Below are positions 22,633-33,495 of a stretch of 64,000 bases of DNA, one piece after another; position 1 is the first letter of the stretch; each line of letters opens with the position of its first letter. The stretch is from positions 992,001 to 1,056,000 of the forward strand of contig BROI01000007.1 of NCBI GenBank assembly GCA_027923505.1, read 5' to 3'. The DNA comes from Mayamaea pseudoterrestris (Eukaryota). Made by a program: the position numbers and the translations under genes. Below the pieces are notes generated by a model. That model did not search any database and was not told the DNA's origin. It saw only the letters and a program-made list of their open reading frames with translations.

Positions 22633-24294
22633 ATGACGGACGAATTGGCGTTTGAAATTTCGCAAGATGATTTGGAGGCGCCGCTCTTGTCGGCCATTGA
22701 TGAAGATCAGCAGCGTGCTGCTTCCGACGCCGACGATGCAGCAGTGACAATCATTGCATCCTCGTCATCGTCAAACCAAAACGACGACGAGGATTCGGAC
22801 GACAATAATACTAGTCATTACTCGCGTTGCTGCTGCTCGAGCCATGTCGAGTCTTTTGATTGCCCCCTACTGCAGCTGACATCCATGATTTCCAATCTTT
22901 CCACCTCGTACAATGTTGTCAACGTTTCCATGGTGCTTCCCATACTGCAACAACTGCATCATTCACGAGACACGCATAACACATCGTTCGTGGCAACCTC
23001 GCTACTGGCGGGCATGATGCTTGGTCAAGTGCTGGGAGGCGCGCTGGGAGACGTCTTGGGTAAACTGCGGGCGCTCCACTGCGTCATGCTGCTGCAAGTG
23101 TTTGCAAGCTTGGCGAGCAGCAGCGTTAGTCACTCGTCGTCGTTGTATTTACATCTTGGTTGCTGGAGGTTCTTGCTTGGCATTGGAGCTGGAGCAGTCT
23201 ATCCGCTGGCGGCAGTGATTAGTGCCGAGCAAGCTGGTGGTAATAATGCAAGGCGGACATCGTCCGCAGCACGTGACGACGAGCCACTCCATGCAGCGAC
23301 GTCCACGGACGCAAGCCAGCAGCAAGCACTGTCGCGCGTCGTCTTGACCTTTTCCATGCAGGGCATTGGTTTTCTTCTTGTTCCCCTGGCGGCTGTCATT
23401 TTGCTGCAAGTATTTCCCACAAACTTGGACTTGGTGTGGCGACTCTTGCTGGCGTTGGGTTCGCTTCCTGGTATATTTCTACTTGCTTTACACTGTGCGA
23501 CAACTTGTCGGCAGGGTCGACCTGAAATGGTATCAGGCACCCCCGATATGCAAACAATCAACGATGGGTCGGACCTATCAGTACCTCATGAATCGAGCGA
23601 CGACAACCTTGCGCTGACTCAACCCCTGCTACCAGACGAAACGCCACCACGACATCTTGGGCTACTCGAAGCCATACAAAGCGAGGAAGACTTAGTTTTC
23701 AAGCTGATGGGGACTGCCTTACCGTGGTTCCTTTTTGACGTACTATTCTACGGCAATACGCTCTTTCAGCCAATCGTCATGAGCGCTGCGTTTGGATCGC
23801 AAAACGAAAATAATTCTTTGCTTCGTCTTCAAAGAATAGCTCGAGACTCGCTTCTCCTTTCAATGATTGCACTGCCAGGATATTTTGTCGCCGCCTGGGC
23901 GCTCGGCACCAAGAGTCGCTTCCACCAAACGCCTCGCTTCGTCATGCTGCAAGGTTTTGCGTGCATGTTTATTCTCTACCTTGTGATTGGCACACTTTGG
24001 AGCAAGCTCCAGCAATCACCTGCCTTGCTCATTCTCTTGTACGGACTGACATTTTTCTTTGCCAACTACGGGCCAAATACAACCACCTTTGTGTTGCCGG
24101 CGCTCGTCTACGCGGCTCCGTGCCGCGCCACGCTAAACGGCGCGAGTGCGGCGGCGGGCAAGCTTGGCGCTCTAGTGGGCGCCGCCTTGTTTGCGCCCAT
24201 GGCACACACGTTTGGAAATGAAGCAGTCATGCTGGTTTGCTCCGTGGTGGCGCTAGTTTCCTTTGCCGTCACGTACAAGTTTGTAAAGATATAG
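22633..24294 (+). CDS. MFS transporter, phosphate:H+ symporter (PHO84/PHT1)-like
   Basis: RFLLGIGAGAVYPLAAVISAE, FSMQGIG, WFLFDVLFYG, TFFFANYGPNTTTF, NGASAAAGKLGA; about 12 hydrophobic segments. Confidence 0.85.
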   Translation: MTDELAFEISQDDLEAPLLSAIDEDQQRAASDADDAAVTIIASSSSSNQNDDEDSDDNNTSHYSRCCCSSHVESFDCPLLQLTSMISNLSTSYNVVNVSMVLPILQQLHHSRDTHNTSFVATSLLAGMMLGQVLGGALGDVLGKLRALHCVMLLQVFASLASSSVSHSSSLYLHLGCWRFLLGIGAGAVYPLAAVISAEQAGGNNARRTSSAARDDEPLHAATSTDASQQQALSRVVLTFSMQGIGFLLVPLAAVILLQVFPTNLDLVWRLLLALGSLPGIFLLALHCATTCRQGRPEMVSGTPDMQTINDGSDLSVPHESSDDNLALTQPLLPDETPPRHLGLLEAIQSEEDLVFKLMGTALPWFLFDVLFYGNTLFQPIVMSAAFGSQNENNSLLRLQRIARDSLLLSMIALPGYFVAAWALGTKSRFHQTPRFVMLQGFACMFILYLVIGTLWSKLQQSPALLILLYGLTFFFANYGPNTTTFVLPALVYAAPCRATLNGASAAAGKLGALVGAALFAPMAHTFGNEAVMLVCSVVALVSFAVTYKFVKI

Positions 24295-24319
24295 CCAAAA
24301 CGATGTATCTAACAGCTAG

Positions 24320-25582
24320 CTATATACTACTCTCCTCTTCTTCTCCAGCCTCTTCCTCACTGGAATTACCCTTGACGCGCCAGTATGCCGCCAGCATGGA
24401 TCCCAAGCAACTATGCGCCGTCGCCGATAGTGCCCCCGGCAGCGACGCCAGCGGCGGCGCTCCCAACGATCGCGCCAGTACCACCGCCAGCGCACTGTTC
24501 TGCATGCCCACTTCTATCGATATGGTCCGACTCGTCGTTTCGGAGCGCCCAAACACATACTTTGGCACCAAATAGCCAGCGGCAAAGCCAAGCGTATGCA
24601 GACTCGTCACGGCGAGTGCCACTCGCTTGGTCACGGCGGCGCCGCCAGACGCACCTGACAGCAACAGCGGCACCGTTTCCGCTACCACGCCTCCACATAT
24701 CAAACTCACCAAGATGACACTCAAGAACGGCGTCCATCGCGCCATGTAACGACTGAGTCGTGGCGCCAGCTGGTTGAGCAGCATGCCAATTACCACTGGC
24801 ACTAGCACGACGCGCGCCGTCGTTTGCATCAACGTGGCGCCGCTAACGACTATGCTACTTCCAACGAGCAGCTTGACCAAGGTTGGTGTCGCGACCACGG
24901 CCAGCAGCGTCGAGCAGGCCGTCAGCACGACGGAGAGGGCAACATTGGCCTTGGCAATCAGACTCACCAAGTTGCTGGCCGTGCCTCCCGGCGAACATCC
25001 CACCAGCAGGAGTCCCAGATAGAGTGCTTGGCCCGTGGCAGCGTTGACGTGACGCAGCAGCAGCGTACGTCCCACGATGAGCGCCGCCAGCGGCATGACG
25101 ACAAACTGGCAAACGACTCCAAGTGGAACACTCACAACATTGTCTCTGCTCAAGACGCTATAAAAGTCGCTTCGCGTCAGCGTGAGACCAGTGCCAACCA
25201 TGACGGTGGCCAGCATGGCGTCTATGTAGTTATCGCGATTGACCCACTGCAACGCGGACGGTTGCGCCAGTGCCAACGCTGCGGACCCCAACACAAAGAG
25301 TGGAAAGGCGCTCGTTAGTTTGGATAGTAGCGCGTCGAGTGAAGAAAATGTTGGCGGAGATTCAGAGGAATCATCTAAAGATTGTCGCAGACTTGTGGGT
25401 TTGGCTCGCGGAAACAATGGTAAACTTGAAAGGATCTTGTTGTCATGCTGGTGCTGAGGTGCGATGCATGATGATGGCATACGGCCGACGGAATGGAAAG
25501 GCCAAGATGCATGCCTGAATCCATTGCATGTCCATGCTATAACAAGTACCAGCCATGATTTGGATTTATAGTGTCGATTCAT
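24320..25582 (-). CDS. Sodium/bile-acid symporter (SBF/BASS) family transporter
   Basis: GVVCQFVVMP, VGCSPGGTASN, RTISIEVGMQNSALA motifs. Long N-terminal targeting-like extension; start at 25582 or 25630. Confidence 0.9.
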   Translation of the reverse strand: MNRHYKSKSWLVLVIAWTCNGFRHASWPFHSVGRMPSSCIAPQHQHDNKILSSLPLFPRAKPTSLRQSLDDSSESPPTFSSLDALLSKLTSAFPLFVLGSAALALAQPSALQWVNRDNYIDAMLATVMVGTGLTLTRSDFYSVLSRDNVVSVPLGVVCQFVVMPLAALIVGRTLLLRHVNAATGQALYLGLLLVGCSPGGTASNLVSLIAKANVALSVVLTACSTLLAVVATPTLVKLLVGSSIVVSGATLMQTTARVVLVPVVIGMLLNQLAPRLSRYMARWTPFLSVILVSLICGGVVAETVPLLLSGASGGAAVTKRVALAVTSLHTLGFAAGYLVPKYVFGRSETTSRTISIEVGMQNSALAVVLARSLGAPPLASLPGALSATAHSCLGSMLAAYWRVKGNSSEEEAGEEEESSI

Positions 25583-25904
25583 TTTGCGCTGCGTTCTAGA
25601 GTCTGGCCATGCGATGCAGCAGACGGCCATGGTCACAAGACGTCAAGTTCGTTTGGCGATGGATCGCGCGAAGACAAACCGAATCCGAAATTCCGGATTC
25701 CTAGTTAGCTATGGAACGAACCGAATACAATATTGCACCGAGGGACCGGGGTCTGACCTGGCTGCATGGCAGATCCAATGTAACTAGCGCTGCACCTGGA
25801 ATGTTAGCGCTAACTCTCAGTTGAACAAAGAATAAGTGCATCTGTGGCAATAGCACAGATGGGAACTCAATGAATGGGGGATGCTGAAACATGAACACAT
25901 AATT

Positions 25905-27460
25905 ATATGTGCTTGAAACAAACTGGGAGCCACAGATGGTGATTACCTTGGTGCTGCACTGCGAACGAGACTGGGTCTTGCACAAGGCAACTCACTGGAT
26001 TTGTCGCTTATATCACTCCATGGCATACTTGATGGCATGCTGCTGGGATAAGTGCTGGAAGGCAAACTGGGAGCCACAGAGGGTGATAAGCTTGGTGCAA
26101 CACTGGGAAGGAGACTAGTCCTGCGCCAAGTTGTGACCTGGCTTGTCGCTTGAATCACTTCTTGATGGCAAACTTGATGGTAAGCTGCCAGGATGAGTGC
26201 TGGGAGACAAACTGGGAGCCACAGAAGGGGACAAGCTTGGTACTGCACTGGGAAGGAGACTACTAGGTCCTGCGCTAGGTGAGGTAGTGGGTTTGGTGCT
26301 TGGTGTTGCACTGGGAAGAAGAGTGGGTCCTACGCTAGATGTCTCACTGGGCTTGGCACTTGGTCACTTGATGGCATACTGCAGGGATGAGTGCTGGGAG
26401 ACCAATCGGGAGCCACAGAGGGGGGCAGCTTGGTGCTGCTCTGGGAAGAAGAGTGTGTCCTGCGCTCGCAGCAGAGTGCTGGGAGACAAACTGGGAGCCA
26501 CAGAAGGGGACAAGCTTGGTACTGCACTAGGAAGGATAATACTAGGCCCTGCGCTAGGTGAGGCATTGGGCTTGGCGCTTGGTGTTGCACTGGGAAGATG
26601 AGTGGGTCCTATGCTAGATGTCTCACTGGGCTTGGCACTTGGTGACTTGATGGCACACTTGATGGCATACTGCAGGGATGAGTGCTGGGAGACCAATCGG
26701 GAGCCACAGAGGGGGGCAGCTTGGTGCTGCTCTGGGAAGAAGAGTGTGTCCTGCGCTAGTGCACTGGGTTTTGTGCTTGGGTCACAAACTTGATGGAATG
26801 CTGCTGGGATGAGTGCTGAGAGACAAACTGGGAGCCACAGAGAGTGACAAGCTTGGTGCTGCACGGGAAGGAGACTGGGACTTGTGCAAGGCAACTCATT
26901 GCACTTGTCGCTTGAATATGTCAAGCAGCTGGAGTGAGTGCTTGGAAACAAGTTAAGAGTAACTGGGAGAGGACATGCTTGCAGCGCTAGGTGACACACT
27001 GGGTTTGGCGCTTGGGTCACTTGATGGCATGCTGCTGAGATGAGTGCTGGGAGACATAAAGGAGTTTGCAGGGTGAAACATTGGTGCTGTACTGGGAAGG
27101 AGACTGGGTTTGCGCAAGGCAACTCACTAGACTTGTTGCTTGAATCACTTGAATCACTTGATGGCAAGCAGCTGGGGTGAGTGGTTGGAGACAAACTTGG
27201 AGCCAAAGAGGGTAAGGAGCTTGGTACTGCACTGGGACATTTGATGGCACGCTGTTGGGGTGAGTGCTGGGAGACAACTGAGAGCCACAGAGTGACAAGC
27301 CTGGCGCTGCACTGGGAAGGAGATTGGGCTTTGCGTTTGATGACACAATGGGCTTGGTGATGGAATGACTTGATGACACACTTGATGAAAAGCTGCTTGG
27401 TTGAGTGCTGGGAGACAGGACATACAGGGAACCACAGAGGATGACAAGCTTGGTGACAAG
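25905..27460 (-). repeat. Degenerate tandem repeat array encoding frameshifted Pro/Ser-rich (PSxxPSxx) peptides, probable pseudogene; includes a ~280-bp near-identical duplication (26195-26466 / 26474-26757)
   Basis: Recurrent units gagtgctgggagacaaactgggagccacag, aagcttggtgctgcactgggaag, cacttgatggca. Minus-strand ORF pieces PSVAPSLSPS and PSSMPSS occur in different frames. Confidence 0.8.
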
Positions 27461-28486
27461 AAGTTGTAACATACTTGATGCATTATGAAGAAGGCACAAC
27501 TAAAAGGGCATGCCCTTGAGCTGCCTCATTCAGCGTTTTATGTGCTTACAAGGCTAATTGTTTGTGCTTACTTGCAAGAATGCCTAAACATGCCTGCAAG
27601 TCCATGCCCAGTGAAAGTGTAGCTCTGGTCATGCTACAATACCAATAGATGCTCGTGTGGGTCTGCTTTGTGCGCAAGTAGCGCTAAGACACGACCGTTA
27701 AAGAGTCGCTGCACGTCTGGGGGCAACGGATATGAGCACGGGTGATTTCTACAGCGTGAGTACTGAAAACGTGTTCCGCGCGCCGGCAATTTCACTTTGC
27801 GCCAAGGGAAGGGACCGTTCTGACTCTGATCGAGTCAGACCGAACTACCTTGTACCGGGTAGCATATTCCGGTAGGAGCAAGGACAGCGACAAGCAATGC
27901 GCAAGGCTCAAGCAATAGATCTCTACGGTCCGTGGAGCTGATGCTCCACCGGTATGCTCCAAGGATACAGGCGTGATCTCTTTTGGGTCAACGTCCACGA
28001 CTATATGCGCAGGCTCATTGCGATGCTGCCTTTGCTGGCATAACTCCTCTTTCAGCATGATTGCTCCGTGATAAACGCAGTATTGGTCAAACGCGAACGT
28101 GTCGCGTGAAAAGGTATAGCTTTCATGTCGAACCATCTCACACATTTTTAGTCGTTTTGGTCGTCAAAGCTTGGAGGACGCTTTTTACCCAATGCATGGT
28201 GACTCATGAAAATAATCTCCTGTTTGCATTATCGTTCATTATAGTGACTGTGATGATCCTTCGATTCCAGCGAGCCATCCAGCAGAACGTTAGACTGTCG
28301 TGATTTTGAAAAAGGATGCAACATGACCGCGGCGCTGCAACTACCCGGCGAAGGAGGTAGTCACAGACGGAGAACCGTCATTATACTTTCGCTTGCTTCG
28401 ACGACGGAATGACACTACAGTAGACTATTATATATATCACGTCCAAGTGTAAATACAAATATAGATTATCCTTTCATTACATACTT

Positions 28487-29838
28487 TCAAGCTTGCGGTG
28501 GTGGCGGAGGCGATTCACGACGCAAACGCTTGGCGTCACTAGGTCCCCCATCGTGAACTGTTTCAGAACTGATATCATCAGCAGGCACATCCTCCGACTC
28601 ACCAACTCGATCCGCAAGAAGCGCAGCCGGATGCTGCTGAGCAGCGCCATCGTCAGCAATGTCCCGGTTGGCAACATTTGGATACACGCGAGCGTTAGTT
28701 GCTGCCGCCAACCAATGACCTTCACCGTCGTCGGAAGGATGCACAGCCTTTCCCCCCATTTCCGCTTGTAACATACCGCCACCATCGGCTTCAAAAAGAT
28801 TCATATATTCAGTTCCGCCAATAAAATTACCGGTAAAACTGCTGCCGACAGTGAATGAACCAACTGTCCCACTACCTATAGACGGTGCTTGTCCGGTCAT
28901 CAAATCAGGGGCATTGCCTTGATTGTTGCCATGGCGCCCTTCCGATGACTCATCAGTCAATGCACTGGCACTCCAAGTAACACCTTCAGGCGGTGCAGCA
29001 GGTATCGTCGCTTTTACAATAGGTGGATTGGCTGGATTCACATCCAACCAGAAATCGAGTGGAAATTCATTCCCGTCGGTAGACGCAAGCTCAATCACTT
29101 GATCTAAAAAAGTCGTCAAACCTTCGCGCGAGGCGTTGTTGTTAGAGGGCAGTCGGCTAGTCATCACGGCCATTGTGGCATCTCTGATGTTTCCAGAACT
29201 TGCTCCCAAGTAGTTGTAGACAGCGAAGATAAAAAGTTTAGTGTTGTCTCGACTTGAGGCCTTCTTGAGTGTGTCAAGGTAAAGGGAAATGGCATCTGTA
29301 GAAATGGGCGCGGGAGATATTCCGGCAATGTACAGTACCTTTGTAAGAAACCAAAGTAAAACACTTTTCCACCTAACCTCGAAATGCTCAATCAATTAAG
29401 CTCCATGGCCAGTCCTCTGTGACTATCATCCTCTCTTAGACTTACTCTTGGTAATCGAGGACATCTTGATAGTTGGGAAGAAATGAACGAACGAACGAAC
29501 GAACAAGCAAGCGAGCGAGAGAATCAAAATTGTGAGGAATTCTGGAACGATTGCAAGCGGCAAGCAGAACCGATGTCCGAATGGAAATGACTGACATAAG
29601 ACATTACTATCGCATGCGCTTCGCTTCCACGAACAGCTGTCAGTATCGCGTGAGAAGTACGAACCGTGTTGGACGCTTTAATCGTCACGGCCCCGCAAAA
29701 GGAGAAGCTGGTGCTGCATGACACGGCGTCGGAGTTTTTTGCATCCTTATCTTCTTTTTCCGGTGTCGATACAGCTGATGGTGTATCATATTGATCGTCG
29801 CATGTCCAGGGATGTGGAGTTGTAGCAGTGTAGCTCAT
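28487..29838 (-). CDS. Uncharacterised orphan protein, paralog A, exons 29838-29665, 29464-29446, 29295-28487
   Basis: Splicing gives ...AVTIKASNT|MSSITKN|AISLYLDTLKKASS...REGLTTFLDQVIELASTDGN. Exon structure matches paralog B. Confidence 0.65.
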
Positions 29839-30139
29839 GAGTGCTCACGTGCTTCAGATCGTGGTAGTGTGTTGTTTCTCGTCGAATTTGACGGAAGGTT
29901 TGTGATGACGATCTCGATTTTCTCGGTGGAGATGTAGTGTCGGACTGGTGCTCACGTTCGAGCGAGCTCGCGAGCTATAATACCACTGACTTATGATATA
30001 GAGTACCGCCATAGCAAGATCATGCATGAAATATAAGTAAAAGCAGATCTAACCTAGAAGCAGCATGTTTATAACAGATTTTATTCCAGCATTTACTTAG
30101 TGCCATCACATGCAGCAGCAACTGCACCAGAAATATCAG

Positions 30140-30918
30140 CTACGTATCCTGACGGCAGCGTTTAGAGCCCGCCATGCCGGTAGGCAAAGAGGAGGAACCA
30201 GCATCATCTGTTGCAGTGGCAACATCAGGCGCTGTCACTTGAATTGGTGCTGGATTCGCATCCAACCAGAATTCGATTGGATATGCATTCCCGTCGGTAG
30301 ACGCTAGCTCAATCACTTGATCTAAAAAAATTGTCAAACCTTCACGCAAGGTGTTGGCGTCAGTGGGAAGTCGGCGAGTGATAGATGACATAACTTCATG
30401 CCGGTATTCAGGACTTTCTCCCAAGTAAATGTGGACAGCGCAGATAAAAAGTTTAGTGTTGACTTGACTTGAGGCATACTTTAGTGTGTCAAGGTAGAGG
30501 GAAATGGCATCTGTAGAAAAGGGCGCGGGAGGATTCGGTGTAAGTACACGATTTTTGTTCCACGTCAAATACTTGGCAACATTTCATTTCTTTTTTTGAA
30601 CTTACTTTTGGTAATTGAGGTGGCCTGCCTTGACGGAGTAAAAGAAACGAACGAAACATTGAGCGATGAGAGTGGATCTGTTAAGTGTCATGTCCAAGCC
30701 AATATATGTATAGTCGCGCATGTCATGTTGCAAGTAGACACTACCATACGCACTGTATTTGATGCTTTTAACGTCACAGCCGTGCTAAAGGAGAGCTTGG
30801 TGGTGCAAGATGCAGCGTCGTCGTCACAATCGCCTTCCTTTGAGATCAATGCAACAGCAGAAGAGTTACTACACTGAGTGTCCACCCGCAATGGTAGTGG
30901 GCTCGTCGTATCGCTCAT
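30140..30918 (-). CDS. Uncharacterised orphan protein, paralog B, exons 30918-30754, 30624-30606, 30510-30140
   Basis: ...AVTLKASNT|ATSITKN|AISLYLDTLKYASS...REGLTIFLDQVIELASTDGN. Intron phases and the 19-nt exon match paralog A. Confidence 0.65.
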
Positions 30919-31092
30919 TATCTCTCGCTTGTACAAGTCGGCATCGTGGAGTCTCATCGATGAGTTTTTGACGCAATGCGGTCTCGTCGCCGCCGCGTTT
31001 CAGCGATCAAATCAATCTGTCGGACCGGTTATTAATCTTTAGTTTTCACGATTGTCGTTCGTCGCATTCATCACACAACATGTCCAAACGCC

Positions 31093-33426
31093 ATGAGGCG
31101 ACGATCCCCGCAAGCCGCATCTGAACCATCAATGAGTCGAGCAACAACAAGCTTTCCTGTAGCAGATGAATCCGAAAGCATGGAAGGTTCAGAAGTCAGA
31201 GAGCAGCAGGGCTTGCTGTTGGAAATTGATGACGGTGGCGACTTTGACGATGACGACGAGGAGCCAAAAAAGGGTTTCGGAGGAAGAAATCGGCTTCTAG
31301 TGAACGATCCAATCTACTCCTATCAAGGTAGAAGGCGGTTCATCGCGCTATCCATGATACTGGGTGTTGTTTTGGTCGTTTATTTGGGTAAGTCTCATGA
31401 CGAGAAATAGCCATTGGAAAGTGCTTGTCGCATCGTTGTCGCTGCGACACCTTTCGCCTGCGTCCAGATCACTTCGCCATTGTCGTCCACCTCCGCACGC
31501 GAACGGCTACATTATTTCTTCGTAACTGGATAAGAAAGAGTCGAACCAAGACAGGCAAACGTGTGTCGGTGCAAAGCAAAGAGAGGAAGGAATGGCCTAC
31601 GGTCGACCGGCAAGACCATCGTTTTACAGCCCCACGAACCGAGCGACTGGATTGAACGGTAGCGCATCTGGCAGCATTCGAACCAAAGTCATTCTTCTCT
31701 TGGTTGTTACTTCCATGTATACTACCTTTCTTTATCGCAGTGGTGTGTTTAATCGAAGAGTTGGCTTGAAAAAGACGAGTTATTCCAAACCTCTAATGTC
31801 TCGAATGTTCGTTACGAGACTCTCGCTAACACTACATCAATCATCTTCATGTTCATTACAGGCGGAGCCAGCTCCTTCTTCACAACCTCGCGTGGTAGTC
31901 GAGCCAATTTGTTGTCGATTGCAACTTGGAACATTGCCGCCATTAACAATAACCCATTTGAATACTGGATCACCTACAAGGAGAACCCTGCCTATGAACA
32001 GCTCATGGTTGACATTGAGCGCTTTATTGAAATGGATCCATCTGACGATAAGAATTTGAAAGTGGATCAAGTGTTTACCAATGACATGATGCAGGCTTTG
32101 GACAAGCGACTGACCAAGGTGGGCTGGGCGTCGGTTCAAAACTACTGGGACAATGATTTTTCGAAGCGGCGCATCATTACCGAGTTTCTAAAGGATCCAT
32201 TGCTGGGAAGCAAGCGCCTTGCTAGCATGCCGGATCGAATCACAAACACCATCAACTTGGCCAGTGGCGAGCAAGTCTTTCGACCGACTGTCATTAACAT
32301 GTACGAGGGTGACTTGGGCACGCTTGACAAGTGGTGGAAGGAGTGGGAAGCTTTTATGTTTGACAAGCCGCTTGAAATTGAAGGCAAGTCGGGAAAGGAA
32401 AAGTTGATTCCATATCAAATGCTTCAGCCCATATCCAAGGCGAAATATCCTGATATCGAGGAGCAGGAGGAGAAGGATTCACTGCCACTCCAAACCTTGT
32501 GTGGCGCCATTTTTGACGCCATTCTCGTGCACATGATGAACACTGTTTCGAAACCAAATGTCTGGCAGCCGCTCAAGCAAACCATGGTGGAGAATCTGAA
32601 CAAGAAGAAGGTTCCGCACACGCTTGAGATATTGGAGAAGCAATACATGGATTCTGATATCATTGCCTTGCAGGAAGTGTCACAGTCGTTCATTGAGCAA
32701 GCTCGTCGGACAGTGATTGGAAAACGCTTTCATGTGCTCGCTCCGGCTGACTTGGATTCGACGCGGGACCAAAATAGCGTTGTTTGCTTGAACAAGCAAA
32801 CGTTTCCGGTTGGCATGATGCAGGAAATCACTCCCAGCGTCGCTGCAGCCTTTCCACAAGGCGTAAAGGTGCCAGTTGCGCCAGGCGACATTTTTGCGTT
32901 GGAAACGAAACATGCGGACGGCTCAAGCTACATTGTTGCATCCTTTCATGGCGATACGAATGGCTTGGCTACCAAACCAGTCGTTGAAGCCATTTTGCAG
33001 GCCATGAAGAACAATGGCATGAATGATCACAAGCTAATTTTTGGCATGGATGCGAACACGTACGAACATGCGACACCGGGAAAGCAGCAGGATGTTTTGG
33101 AGTTTGGCGAATCGTACGTTTCGCTCGGCTTGACGTCGTGTTGGGGTGACAAACCCCAGCCATCCAACTACACGACGTACAATGCCCGCACGTTTCTGCA
33201 GCCGCAGCTCAACAAGGCGTGCCGGCAGGAAGAAAAGCGCGAAAAAGGTGACGTTAACCCCAAAGATTTTATATTGTTTAAGAAGAATGACTTTACCGTC
33301 GTGGAAACGTTAAAGGACAATACGGGAAAGAAGCAGTATATTGAAGACATGGCGTTCCCGACACTAAACTTTCCCAGTGATCATGGTATCCTTTCGACCA
33401 CTTTGGAACAGAAAGTTGCGGAATAA
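31093..33426 (+). CDS. Endonuclease/exonuclease/phosphatase (EEP) fold protein with N-terminal membrane anchor; exon 31093-31387 (or 31592-31778) spliced to 31862-33426
   Basis: IATWNIAA, DIIALQEV, IFGMDAN, KDFILF, FPSDHG EEP motifs. Phase-1 splice at tacag|GC (31862). Confidence 0.78.
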
Positions 33427-33495
33427 AGTTTTAAACGTTGTGATACGTCGGCATTGTACAAATAAGGAATGTTACACGCCTTCAGAAATAGCAGC

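Noticed and set aside
25905..27460. Repeat array as a CRISPR-like locus
   Set aside because: Units are degenerate and contiguous with no unique spacers, follow a 12-nt coding periodicity, and no cas-like genes are present in this eukaryotic context.
29485..29520. (GAAC)n/(GCAA/GCGA) short repeat
   Set aside because: Simple repeat forming the pyrimidine-rich tract of an intron in orphan paralog A; no separate function evident.
31400..31700. Structured ncRNA in the long EEP intron
   Set aside because: No recognisable RNase P/MRP, snoRNA box or tRNA signature by eye; a covariance-model search would be needed.
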